A stretch of DNA of 64,000 bases, taken from the NCBI GenBank assembly GCA_938005745.1, contig CALLMM010000002.1, forward strand, positions 101,000 to 164,999. Reading direction: 5' to 3'. The stretch comes from an uncultured Chthonomonadales bacterium. Its GTDB lineage: Bacteria > Armatimonadota > Chthonomonadetes > Chthonomonadales > CAJBBX01. Position numbers and translations under genes: made by a program. Positions within the stretch are counted from its first letter, which is position 1; every line of letters starts with the position of its first letter. The notes under the pieces were generated by a model that was given only the letters and a program-made list of their open reading frames with translations, did no database searches and was not told the origin of the DNA. Positions 26,794 to 35,644 of the stretch are shown here, piece after piece.

Positions 26794-27936
26794 TCAGTAC
26801 CGGAACACAGCCATCACGACGACTCCTTCCGGCGTCTCCTGCGGGGCAAGCGTATAGACGTCGCCCCCGTGAAGGAGCGTCTGTCCGACCGCATAGTTGA
26901 TCAGCTCCTCATCTTCCGCGCCGGGCTGTTCAACGAGATGGATCCTGCTCGTCTCCTCCTCGAACCGTCCGTACACAGGATGATTCGGCGCGACAAACAG
27001 GCTTGCGACCCGTCCATACCGCGCGGCGGGGATCACCTCCTGCAGGAAGTGCGAGGAGCCTCCCTGGTGGTTCCGCTGCCAGTACTCCTCCAGCGCCTGC
27101 TTCCGCGCTGCCTGAAAGCGCGGCTGCACGACCCGCCATGCGCTCTCGCGAAGGGTTCGCGGGGACACGCGATCCGGGCTGCCGGAAACCCCCTCCGCCT
27201 CCAGATAGGGGTAGGTGTTCGCCTCCCGATAGATCGAGAAGAGGTATTCGGCTGCGGCGAGCACCAGCGGCGAACGCTCCTCCCGCAGAAGGTGATGGAC
27301 CCCATGATTGACCTGCCGGAAGAAGTGCAGCAGGTTCTCGTGCGTGTCCACCCGATCCGGCATATTGCCGTAGATTCGCGCTCCGCCGCCCGGCGCGCCG
27401 CTCGTTCGAAAGTGAAGCTGCCGCTCCGGGGTGTCATACGCCAGCGCCTGTGCCAGACTGAGAGGAGTATTCTCCAGTGTCAGCTCCTCTTCGCTGAAGC
27501 GATTCGCCTTGAACAGCCTCACATCGTTCTGGCTGAGCGCCAGGATGTAGAACGGATGATTATCATGGAACATCTCCAGCAGGGGCAGCAGCATAAAGCG
27601 TCTCCCGACGAAGCTCCCCTCCGACGGAGCGATCGGCAGACCGCAGCAGCGCACCATATCCTCCGCCAGAAAGACCGCCAGCCCCTCATCCGGACGCTCC
27701 CAGAAGAGGCTGTGATCCAGCTGCCGCTCCGCCTTCGCAAACCACGCCTGCGCCTGCTGCGCCGGGAGTTCTCCCTCGCGAACCTGTTTCAGCGCCTGCC
27801 GGAACAGGCTTTTGAGGCGCACGGGATTGTTCAGCGCGTCCGGTCCGCCCCGTTGGAGAGGAAGAAAGAGAGAGATAGAGAACCCTTCCGAGCGAGAAGC
27901 CAGCGTTTTTAATCCATCAGTGGTCAGGGTATACAT
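26794..27936 (-). CDS. eRF1-like (bacterial archaeo-eukaryotic release-factor family, baeRF3-like) protein
   Basis: 380 aa. The overall pattern resembles baeRF3-type proteins as I recall them: ISLFLPLQRGGPD...NPVRLKSLFRQA...FYILALSQNDVRLF...VVVMAVFRY. No HMM was run. Confidence 0.5.
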   Translation of the reverse strand: MYTLTTDGLKTLASRSEGFSISLFLPLQRGGPDALNNPVRLKSLFRQALKQVREGELPAQQAQAWFAKAERQLDHSLFWERPDEGLAVFLAEDMVRCCGLPIAPSEGSFVGRRFMLLPLLEMFHDNHPFYILALSQNDVRLFKANRFSEEELTLENTPLSLAQALAYDTPERQLHFRTSGAPGGGARIYGNMPDRVDTHENLLHFFRQVNHGVHHLLREERSPLVLAAAEYLFSIYREANTYPYLEAEGVSGSPDRVSPRTLRESAWRVVQPRFQAARKQALEEYWQRNHQGGSSHFLQEVIPAARYGRVASLFVAPNHPVYGRFEEETSRIHLVEQPGAEDEELINYAVGQTLLHGGDVYTLAPQETPEGVVVMAVFRY

Positions 27937-27944
27937 GCATCACC

Positions 27945-28385
27945 TCAGCGTACAATGAGAACCGGGCAGTGCGCGTGGTGCAGTACGCCGTCGGACACGC
28001 TGCCCAGCAGGAACGATTTCCAGCCGCTCAAGCCCCGGCTGCCCAGCACAATCAGGTCTACCTTCTCGCGCTCCGCCACATCCACGATCACATCCACCGG
28101 ATGCCCCGTCTCGCGGCAGGCTACATAGTCTACGCCTGCCGCACGAAACACCTCTCCGGTTCGCTCCTCGATATCGCGCTGTATCTCTTCGATATAGCGG
28201 CTGAGCAGCGCGGAGTCGATCGGGGCGATGGGGGCGTCGCCGTTGGCATAGATCACGGTGGAGGGGTTGAAGACAGTCAGGAGCAGGGTGCAGGCGTGAA
28301 ACTCGCGCGCGATAACGGCGGCGACGCGCGCCGCCTGAAGCGCGCTTTCGGAGCCGTCGGAACAGGCAAGTATCTTGCGAAACAT
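27945..28385 (-). CDS. Universal stress protein (single domain)
   Basis: 146 aa. MFRKILACSDGSE...DLIVLGSRGLSGWKSFLLGSVSDGVLHHAHCPVLIV. Confidence 0.9.
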   Translation of the reverse strand: MFRKILACSDGSESALQAARVAAVIAREFHACTLLLTVFNPSTVIYANGDAPIAPIDSALLSRYIEEIQRDIEERTGEVFRAAGVDYVACRETGHPVDVIVDVAEREKVDLIVLGSRGLSGWKSFLLGSVSDGVLHHAHCPVLIVR

Positions 28386-28440
28386 GGTTCCCCTCCTTTT
28401 TGCGTAGCTTTCAGAGGGCAGAAGGCGGGACAGGCGCCGA

Positions 28441-28490
28441 TCGAAAGAAGAGCGCGCCTGAGACGCATCCTTCGGGCGTCTCAGGCGCGC
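28441..28490 (-). terminator. Intrinsic terminator downstream of hsp20
   Basis: 15-bp perfect stem gcgcgcctgagacgc (28452-28466) / gcgtctcaggcgcgc (28476-28490). On the minus strand it is followed by tcttctttcga. Confidence 0.6.
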
Positions 28491-28570
28491 CGCCTCAGCC
28501 GCTTCCCATCACGATCGAAACAGAGGACGCACCTCAGACATCCCTTCCTGCGCGAAGGATCGCCGGGCGT

Positions 28571-29080
28571 TTAGCCGGAGGCGACGTTCACCTTCACGCT
28601 GCGGGGATGAACCGGATGAACCTTCGGCATCTCCAGGCGAAGGATGCCGTTTTCGAAGATCGCCTTGACTCTGTCCGGGTCAATTTCGGCGGGCAGGGAG
28701 AAGGTAAGGGAGAAGTTTTCGGAGGAGGCAAGCCAGCCCTCGCGATGCAGGGTCGCCTTCTCCGGGCGCAGCGGTTGGCGCTCGCCCTCGATCGTCACGG
28801 AATCCTCGGTCGCCTCGACGCGAATGGCTTCCGGCGTGTAGCCGGGACAGGCGGCATAGACCATCACCATCTCGTCGGTCTCGAAGATGTCTACGGGAGG
28901 CTCCAGCCGCATCTCCGCACCCGGAATCATGCGCGAGAGCGGCGTGTATCCGAGCATTCTGGAGAAGAACTCGTCCATCTGGTGGCGCATCTCGCTGAGT
29001 TCGCGCCAGGGACTCCAGGGAGCCATCGCCCCTTCGCCGCGACGGGCTATCGCGGCGGTCGGCTCAGTCTTCGTTGACAT
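28571..29080 (-). CDS. Hsp20/alpha-crystallin family small heat-shock protein
   Basis: Alpha-crystallin domain PPVDIFETDEMVMVYAACPGY...FSLPAEIDPDRVKAIFENGILRLEMPK. Start taken at ATG 29078-29080, 6 nt after aaggag. Confidence 0.9.
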   Translation of the reverse strand: MSTKTEPTAAIARRGEGAMAPWSPWRELSEMRHQMDEFFSRMLGYTPLSRMIPGAEMRLEPPVDIFETDEMVMVYAACPGYTPEAIRVEATEDSVTIEGERQPLRPEKATLHREGWLASSENFSLTFSLPAEIDPDRVKAIFENGILRLEMPKVHPVHPRSVKVNVASG

Positions 29081-29115
29081 GATCATCTCCTTTTCTGCGC
29101 GCATCATGGAACGCA

Positions 29116-29355
29116 TCAGGATGGAGGGGCTGAGGTTTTCTGCTTTCTCTTTCTCTGCTCCTGTACGACACACCAGATATGTTCTATCGGCTCATAGCAG
29201 GCGATACGCCCGTCGAGGCTGGCGGGCAGATAGTCCTCCGTCTCCAGCACGACCTGACGGTCGCTGCCGATCTGACGGTAGACGCCGGGAGGAACCAGCT
29301 CGCCTGCAAGAAAGAGGTGTCCATCATAGGACTCTCGCACCCGGGGATGTTTCAT
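29116..29355 (-). CDS. Small hypothetical protein (79 aa)
   Basis: ORF starts at MKHPRVRESYDGHLFLAG. It lies in an operon position upstream of hsp20. No recognisable motif. Confidence 0.4.
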   Translation of the reverse strand: MKHPRVRESYDGHLFLAGELVPPGVYRQIGSDRQVVLETEDYLPASLDGRIACYEPIEHIWCVVQEQRKRKQKTSAPPS

Positions 29356-29683
29356 GTTCGTTCCCCTGACGGAAGCGCGTCTCTCTCTCCGGCGCCTCTT
29401 CCGACGCATCTTTCTCCGGAGAGATTGGATCGGTTTGCGGACTGCCGGACTCCTCCGGCAGTTCCGGGGGGTTGGCGAGAGTCCCCAGATACGCCTGCGT
29501 GCAGCGATGGCAGTAGTGATGCCAAACATCGTGGCTCAAAACAAACAGCCAGCCGTCTACCTGCTTAATCTTCTGCTCGTGACTCTGCGACAGCACCGGA
29601 CGCAGCCCCACCGGCAAAAGCGCAGTCTCCTGACAATTCTCGCCATCGCACTGTATGCGCTGACCATCCTGCGCCAGACTCAT
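29324..29683 (-). CDS. Small Cys/His-rich hypothetical protein (119 aa)
   Basis: ATG 29681-29683 with gggag 6 nt upstream. The Cys/His pattern C..C....HHYCHRC suggests metal binding. The tail is disordered and acidic. Confidence 0.4.
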   Translation of the reverse strand: MSLAQDGQRIQCDGENCQETALLPVGLRPVLSQSHEQKIKQVDGWLFVLSHDVWHHYCHRCTQAYLGTLANPPELPEESGSPQTDPISPEKDASEEAPERETRFRQGNEHETSPGARVL

Positions 29684-29837
29684 CGAAAACTCCCGCTTTC
29701 ACGCTATCCCCTCTATTGTATTCGGACTGTCCGCCGGTGACATCCCCCAAATGACGGATTGTAAATCCGCGCCGCGCAGCAGGTTCTCCGCAGCGCGAGG
29801 GAGAAGTAGATGCCAACTCTCTTCAGGAGCGCCGAAC

Positions 29838-31742
29838 ATGGCATCCCGTTATCTTCTCTACTACGGTCGTTCGGAGCCGCTGCCGCCGCCCGTCCTTCTG
29901 CGCGCCGGTCCGCTGACCCTGCTCTACGACCATGGCGACCTGCGCTATATCCGTCTGGGCGACCGGCTGCTGCTGCTGCGGCTCTATGCGGCGGTGCGCG
30001 ACCAGCACTGGGGGACCGTTCCCGGCAGCCTGCGGATGATCGAGCAGACGATCCATCCGGACTCGTTTCGCATCCTCTATGAGTCGGAACATCGTCAGGA
30101 GGAGATCCACTTCGTCTGGCGCGGCGAGATCACGGGAGACGCGCGGGGCGTCATCACCTTCACGATGGACGGGGAGGCGCGGACCCGCTTCGCGCGCAAC
30201 CGCATCGGGTTCTGTATCCTGCATCCCGCCTCCTGCGCCGGAACGCCCTGTCTGGTCGAACATGTGGACGGGACGCGCTCCGCCGCGCCGCTGCCGGAGT
30301 ATATCGTCCCCGATCAGCCGGTCGAGCCGTTCAGCGAGATGCGCGCCCTGACGATGGAGATGGAGAACGGACTACGGGCGCGTCTGGAGATGGAGGGGGA
30401 TATCTTCGAAATGGAGGATCAGCGCAACTGGACGGACGCCTCCTACAAGACCTTCTGCACGCCGCTGCGCCTGCCCTACCCGGTTGTCATCCCGGCGGGC
30501 ACACGCATTCAACAGAAGATCACGCTGAGTCTGGAGAATCCGCCGGACGTCTCCGCCGCCGTCCTGCCGACCCCGTCGGCTCACCGACTCGCGCTCGATC
30601 CGGGCGCAGAGATGCATCCCCTGCCCGCCGTCGGTCTGGGGTTTGCCGAAAGCGAAGCCCCGCTCTCTTCCGAGCAGACGGAGCGGCTGAGACGCCTGTC
30701 TGCGGCGCATCTGCGCGTCGAACTGCGTCTGTCAGACCCGCGCTGGCGCGAAACGCTGCGCGCCGGGACGGCGCAGGGGGCGGCGATCGGCGCGCCGCTG
30801 GAGATAGCGCTCCTGCTTCCCGCAGAGCCGGAACCCGCGCTGGAGGCGCTGCGCACCGCGCTGAAGGAGACCCACGCCCCGCAGATCGCCCGCTGGCTGG
30901 TTCTGCCAGAGCGCGAGCGGATGCGCGAAGCCCCCGACCATGCCCGACTGCTTCGCGCCGCCCGCGCCGCGCTGCAGAGCCTCTCCACCCGCGCCGAATT
31001 TGCCGCCGGGAGCAACAGCGACTTTCTCTTCGCCAACCGCTTCCCGCCCCCTGCGCAGGCGGACGCCCTGACGTTCGCCGTCAATCCGCAGGTGCATGCC
31101 TTTGACAACGCCTCGCTGCTCGAAACGCTGGAGGCGCAGGGCGCGGTTATCCGCAGCGCGCGTCGTATCGCGGCGGGACGCCCAGTGATCGTCAGTCCAG
31201 TTACCCTGCTGCCGCGTCATAACCCCTACTCCGCCGTCCCGCTGCCCTGGTCTCCTCCTCCCGCCGACTACCGTCAGCCGACCCTCTTCGGGGCGGTCTG
31301 GACGCTGGGGAGCCTCAAGTATCTGTCGGAGAGCGGGGCGTCTTCCGTTACCCTCTTTGAGACGGTCGGAGACGGCGGGGTCCTGCGCGGCGGCGAGGTC
31401 TTTCCGCTCTATCACGTGATGGCGGATATTGCGGAGTTTGCGGGCGGCTCGATCATCGCGGTACGCTCTTCGGATCCGCTGACCGTGATCGGGATGGCGC
31501 TGAAGCAAGAAAACCGCCTGCGCCTGCTGCTCGCCAATCTGACGACGCAGGCGCAGACGCTGACCGTTTCGGGACTGCCCCCGCAGATGACTCTGCGGAT
31601 GCTGGACGAGACGACGGCAGAGGAGGCGATCCACGCCCCGGAGGCGTTTCGCGCGCGCGCGGCAGAGGCGGTCTCGACCGACAACAGCCTGCTTGCACTC
31701 ACCCTGCCGCCGCTGGCAATCGCGCGGCTGGACGCACCGTAA
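29838..31742 (+). CDS. Uncharacterised 634-aa protein
   Basis: ATG 29838 with aggag 8 nt upstream. Coding-like composition throughout. No signal peptide and no motif I can assign. Confidence 0.6.
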   Translation: MASRYLLYYGRSEPLPPPVLLRAGPLTLLYDHGDLRYIRLGDRLLLLRLYAAVRDQHWGTVPGSLRMIEQTIHPDSFRILYESEHRQEEIHFVWRGEITGDARGVITFTMDGEARTRFARNRIGFCILHPASCAGTPCLVEHVDGTRSAAPLPEYIVPDQPVEPFSEMRALTMEMENGLRARLEMEGDIFEMEDQRNWTDASYKTFCTPLRLPYPVVIPAGTRIQQKITLSLENPPDVSAAVLPTPSAHRLALDPGAEMHPLPAVGLGFAESEAPLSSEQTERLRRLSAAHLRVELRLSDPRWRETLRAGTAQGAAIGAPLEIALLLPAEPEPALEALRTALKETHAPQIARWLVLPERERMREAPDHARLLRAARAALQSLSTRAEFAAGSNSDFLFANRFPPPAQADALTFAVNPQVHAFDNASLLETLEAQGAVIRSARRIAAGRPVIVSPVTLLPRHNPYSAVPLPWSPPPADYRQPTLFGAVWTLGSLKYLSESGASSVTLFETVGDGGVLRGGEVFPLYHVMADIAEFAGGSIIAVRSSDPLTVIGMALKQENRLRLLLANLTTQAQTLTVSGLPPQMTLRMLDETTAEEAIHAPEAFRARAAEAVSTDNSLLALTLPPLAIARLDAP

Positions 31743-31767
31743 CGCCCGTCAGAGCGACGCTCCCTGT

Positions 31768-31796
31768 ACGCCCTCTCCCGCTTCAGGAGAGGGCGT
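31768..31796. terminator. Hairpin between convergent genes (possible bidirectional terminator)
   Basis: 11-bp stem acgccctctcc / ggagagggcgt with a 7-nt loop. Confidence 0.45.
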
Positions 31797-31808
31797 CTCT
31801 CCTGGACA

Positions 31809-32519
31809 TCAGGCGGCGATGGTCTGCTCGGACTCGTTCACCGTGGTAACCGCCATCTCGCCGGGGTTTGCGGCGGTAACCGCCGCCATGCTGCCGATCG
31901 AAAGGCTCGAGAGCAGCTCTCCCGGATCGGGCAGCAGGCTCAGATGCGCCTCCAGCGTCCGGCGAATCCGCGCGGCAGTCTCATCATACTCCCGGCACAG
32001 GTTCCGCAGACGCTCCTCCTGCAGCGCGCAGGCGGCTTCCGCCAGCGTGATCATCTCTTCCGAACTGCGCTTCGCCTCCCGCACAATGTCGTCGGCTTCG
32101 GTCTGCGCGTCGGCGAGGATCTGCTCCATCTTCAACTGCGTGTTGGTGCGCTCGATCTCCAGTTCTCGCTCCACCGCCACGCGCCGCTGCTCGACCGCAA
32201 TGATTCCGCCGGCAATGGCTGCCTCTTTCTCGATATACAGAGCCAGGTCCTGGGTGACCGACGCAAGCTGCTCATTGAGCGCCTGTTTCTCGGCGTTTAG
32301 GCGGGCGGTCAGCGTCTCCATCTCCTGCGCATGCTGCCTCTTGAGCGTGTCCAGCTCTCTGGTCAGCCGCTCGGCGCGATCCGTCTGCTCGTTCAGACGC
32401 TCCTCCAGAAGCTGCAGTCGCTGCCCCATCTGACGCACAAAATCGTCCACCGCGAGCCGCGAGTATCCGCGCACAGCGATCGGAAACTCCGCGATAAGTT
32501 CACCGGATGGGATCGTCAT
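31809..32519 (-). CDS. DivIVA-domain coiled-coil protein
   Basis: N-terminal FPIAVRGYSRLAVDDFVRQM is the DivIVA lipid-binding-domain signature. The rest is heptad-rich coiled coil. Confidence 0.8.
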   Translation of the reverse strand: MTIPSGELIAEFPIAVRGYSRLAVDDFVRQMGQRLQLLEERLNEQTDRAERLTRELDTLKRQHAQEMETLTARLNAEKQALNEQLASVTQDLALYIEKEAAIAGGIIAVEQRRVAVERELEIERTNTQLKMEQILADAQTEADDIVREAKRSSEEMITLAEAACALQEERLRNLCREYDETAARIRRTLEAHLSLLPDPGELLSSLSIGSMAAVTAANPGEMAVTTVNESEQTIAA

Positions 32520-32561
32520 GAGATACCTCCGTAGGGGGTGTAGGGTGTAGGTCCAGGGTTA

Positions 32562-32614
32562 TCAAAACAGGGAGCGTTCCGCCGTCGGACGGCGCTTCGC
32601 AGCCCGACGGCGGA
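32562..32614 (-). terminator. Intercistronic hairpin (terminator or attenuator-like) between kinase-like gene and DivIVA gene
   Basis: 11-bp stem tccgccgtcgg (32578-32588) / ccgacggcgga (32604-32614). On the minus strand it is followed by ...ctgttttga. Confidence 0.4.
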
Positions 32615-32625
32615 TCTCCCGATCG

Positions 32626-33882
32626 TTACAGGATCGTCTCTTCCGAGGCAAGGGGCGTCTCGACCAGCGACTGCCACAGAGTGCGCTGCTCCGGGTTCAA
32701 AACAGCCAGAACCTGCTTTCCAGTCTCCTCGCGCAGCTGCTGCATGGTTGCGCCGGTGTCCACTTTCGCCCCGCCGTCCATCGCATCCACCAGCCACTCA
32801 ACCCGTGCGCGCTGATCCTCCAGACAGGCGCGTATCTCCTGATACTGCGCCTCCGTCAAGCCGAAGACCTCCGCGACGGTAGCGTTGGTCAGAAGGGCGA
32901 CGCCCTGTCGGCGAACCGACAGCCGGAGCACCTCCCAGTCCTCCTGGGTCAGGTTCAGGATCGCCGGTCTTCCTGCCTCCAGGCTCTCCGCCTGATGCGT
33001 GCGACTCGCGGACGCCTTCCGCGCCGCGGTCTCCGGGAGAACGCCCTTCTCCGACATAGCGGTTCCGCCCAGCGTCACCAGCGCGCCGATCAGCCCCGTC
33101 GCCGCCGCCGGTCTCCAGGCATAGCGGAAGAGCGAGGGATGCTGCTCCAGCGTGAGCGCGCGCGCAAAATCCGCCGCGCTGCGGAAGCCGTTCCAGCCTC
33201 CCGTCAGCGCGCGATGCAGCGCGTTGCGCACCGGCGCGGGAAGGTGGTAGGCGCGAGAGATCGTTCCATCGCGATGCAGGGGCCAGTAGCCCGCCAGCGA
33301 CCGGAAGACCAGCGCCGCCAGCGCGGTCAGATCGTTGGGAGGAGCCGAAGAGAGAAGCCGGCAGCGCGCGCCGTAGAGCGGAAAGGCTCCCGCCGCCTGC
33401 ATAAAGCCGGCGTCGGTTACGCGCCAGCGTCCGTCCGTGCCGCAGAAGAGGTTGTCCGCCGTCAGCGCGCCGTGAACATATCCGGCTCCGTTGAGCGCTT
33501 CCAGCGCTTCGGAGACCTGCGAAGCCATCTGTCCGGCTTCATACAGAGAGAGCGTATCTTCTCGTTCCAGACGCTGCCGCAGAGAGTTTCCGGGGGGCAG
33601 ATCGCGCACGATATAGACGCTCTGCTCCACCCTTCCCACTTCATAGACCGAGACCAGATTGGGATGACGCAGGCAGATCATCGGGGTAAGGTGATCTACG
33701 ATCTGCCGGCACAGCGCCTCCGCCTCCGTCTGACGCATCCAGACAGCCGGTCGGAACGTTTTGATGGCATAGGGGCGATGGGTGGTCGCCTCGCGGGCGC
33801 GCCAGACCGTGGTATGCGGTCCGCAGCCCAGCAGGGACTCCAGGAGATAGTTATCAGGAACAGCAGTCTTTGTAGTAAACAT
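32626..33882 (-). CDS. Membrane-anchored Ser/Thr-kinase-like protein, predicted pseudokinase, with LTxxQ-like extracytoplasmic domain
   Basis: Kinase fold markers are present: LGCGPHTTVW, YAIK. The catalytic loop reads YVHGALTADN (Ala139 in place of the catalytic Asp), and DFG is DAG (157-159). One TM helix (AATGLIGALVTLGG). The C-terminal domain contains LTEAQYQEI and LNPEQRTLW. Confidence 0.7.
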   Translation of the reverse strand: MFTTKTAVPDNYLLESLLGCGPHTTVWRAREATTHRPYAIKTFRPAVWMRQTEAEALCRQIVDHLTPMICLRHPNLVSVYEVGRVEQSVYIVRDLPPGNSLRQRLEREDTLSLYEAGQMASQVSEALEALNGAGYVHGALTADNLFCGTDGRWRVTDAGFMQAAGAFPLYGARCRLLSSAPPNDLTALAALVFRSLAGYWPLHRDGTISRAYHLPAPVRNALHRALTGGWNGFRSAADFARALTLEQHPSLFRYAWRPAAATGLIGALVTLGGTAMSEKGVLPETAARKASASRTHQAESLEAGRPAILNLTQEDWEVLRLSVRRQGVALLTNATVAEVFGLTEAQYQEIRACLEDQRARVEWLVDAMDGGAKVDTGATMQQLREETGKQVLAVLNPEQRTLWQSLVETPLASEETIL

Positions 33883-33932
33883 AGCGAGACCTCCGACATC
33901 CTTATTGGATTATCGGAGGCTGCCCGCAATTT

Positions 33933-34502
33933 TTACAGGTTTATCGTGGATTTACGCGAACCGGAGACCTGAATGCCAAATTCGGAGGCATGGCTCTGCC
34001 ACCAGCGATCCCAGGGGAGATTGGTGCGGTAGATGTAGTACCACTCGATCAGAACGCGCACCCGGCGGGCGTTGAGACGATAGTCCGGCGAGGTGAGCGA
34101 GCGAAGCAGCGCGACCTGGGTCTGCTTGTCGCGAATATTCTTCAGCACCTCCAGCTGAATCTCAGGACGCAGCAGAAAGACCGGGGCGACGCGAATGCAG
34201 CTATAGCCGGTTGCGCCCAGACCGCGATCCACCACCACCGTACATCCGCTCTGCTCCCACTGGTGCGGATGCTGGGGGTCCAGACCGTGACGGGGGTCAA
34301 TGTTCTGACGATACCAGTCGGTTAAAACGCTGTCTTCAATACGCTCGTAGGCGAACCCGTAGTGTTCTCCAGAGTAGCGTGTCGCGCGGCAGAGCAGGCA
34401 GGAGTCCTCCTTACGCACCTCTCCCGTAAAGAAGCCGGAGGCATAGCCCATTAATACCAGTACCGCCACAATCGTCAATGCAGAAAACGCAATTCGGCGC
34501 AT
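33933..34502 (-). CDS. Membrane-anchored hypothetical protein (189 aa)
   Basis: Start at ATG 34500-34502 (MRRIAFSALTIVAVLVLMGYA). The longer ORF would overlap ribD. Confidence 0.5.
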   Translation of the reverse strand: MRRIAFSALTIVAVLVLMGYASGFFTGEVRKEDSCLLCRATRYSGEHYGFAYERIEDSVLTDWYRQNIDPRHGLDPQHPHQWEQSGCTVVVDRGLGATGYSCIRVAPVFLLRPEIQLEVLKNIRDKQTQVALLRSLTSPDYRLNARRVRVLIEWYYIYRTNLPWDRWWQSHASEFGIQVSGSRKSTINL

Positions 34503-34534
34503 AGCTTCACTCACAGACTGCCCGAAGACAGGCT

Positions 34535-35644
34535 CTATTCGATCGGAAAAGTTTCCAGCAGAATATCGGAGCCGAAACGACGCACATGGAATGGCGTCAA
34601 CGCCATCGCGTCCGCCATTCGCTCCGCGCCCTCTCCCTCCATCGGAGTGGGCGCGCTGCGTCCGCCGATCAGCTTCGGGGCTATGAACCATAACAACCGG
34701 TGCGCGTATCTGCCTGCCAGAAGCGCGGCATGCGTGTTACCGCCGCCCTCGACCAGTATGCTGATGATCTCCCGTCGCCCCAGTTCTGCCAGCAGGGACT
34801 CCAGCACTAACTCTCCATTTGTATCGGTTTCCGTATAGAGAATATCCACTCCGTATTTATGCAGGTTTTCAGCTTTTGCCGGGTCTGCCTTCGCAGAAGT
34901 AACGAGCAGGGTCGGGAACTGATCCGCCGTCGCAACCAGCTTTGCCGTCAGGGGGAGCCGCAGGGAGGGGTCCAGCACGATGCGCAGCGGCTGGCGCGGA
35001 GGGTCCGGCTTCAGACGCGCCGTCAGCATCGGGTCGTCCGCCAGTGCAGTACCGACGCCGCACAGCACCGCGCCGCTCTGCGCCCGCAGCCGATGAACAT
35101 AGCGGCGCGCCGCCTCCCCCGTAATCCAGCGGGAGTCTCCGGTGCGCGTGGCGATCTTGCCGTCCAGCGTCATCGCCGCTTTCAGGGTAATGTAGGGTCT
35201 GCGGGTCTTCTGGAAGTGGAAGAAGGCGGCGTTCAGACGACGCGCCTCCTCCTCCAGCACGCCGACCTCCGCCGCGATTCCCGCCGCGCGCAGCAGAGCC
35301 AGTCCCCGCCCGCAGACCTGCGGATTGGGATCGGCGACGGCTGCCACCACGCGCGCCACGCGCGCCTCGATCAGGGCGTTGACGCAGGGAGGCGTGCGCC
35401 CGTAGTGACAGCAGGGTTCCAGCGAGACGTAGGCGGTCGCTCCGCGCGCCCGCTCTCCCGCCGCACGCAGCGCAAAGACCTCCGCATGGGGCGCGCCCGC
35501 CCGCGGATGAAAGCCCTCTCCGACCACCTCCCCCGCTTTGACCAGCACGCAGCCGACCATCGGATTGGGAGGAGTGAAGCCGCGTTCCGCCAGCCGCAGC
35601 GCGCGGCGCATCCATCGAACGTCTTCCGCTCTAGCCGCTGTCAT
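34535..35644 (-). CDS. ribD: Bifunctional riboflavin biosynthesis deaminase/reductase RibD
   Basis: Deaminase zinc motifs HAEVFAL and PCCHYGRTPPC, followed by the reductase domain TLKAAMTLDGKIA...GVGT...DDP. Start at ATG 35642-35644. Confidence 0.9.
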   Translation of the reverse strand: MTAARAEDVRWMRRALRLAERGFTPPNPMVGCVLVKAGEVVGEGFHPRAGAPHAEVFALRAAGERARGATAYVSLEPCCHYGRTPPCVNALIEARVARVVAAVADPNPQVCGRGLALLRAAGIAAEVGVLEEEARRLNAAFFHFQKTRRPYITLKAAMTLDGKIATRTGDSRWITGEAARRYVHRLRAQSGAVLCGVGTALADDPMLTARLKPDPPRQPLRIVLDPSLRLPLTAKLVATADQFPTLLVTSAKADPAKAENLHKYGVDILYTETDTNGELVLESLLAELGRREIISILVEGGGNTHAALLAGRYAHRLLWFIAPKLIGGRSAPTPMEGEGAERMADAMALTPFHVRRFGSDILLETFPIE

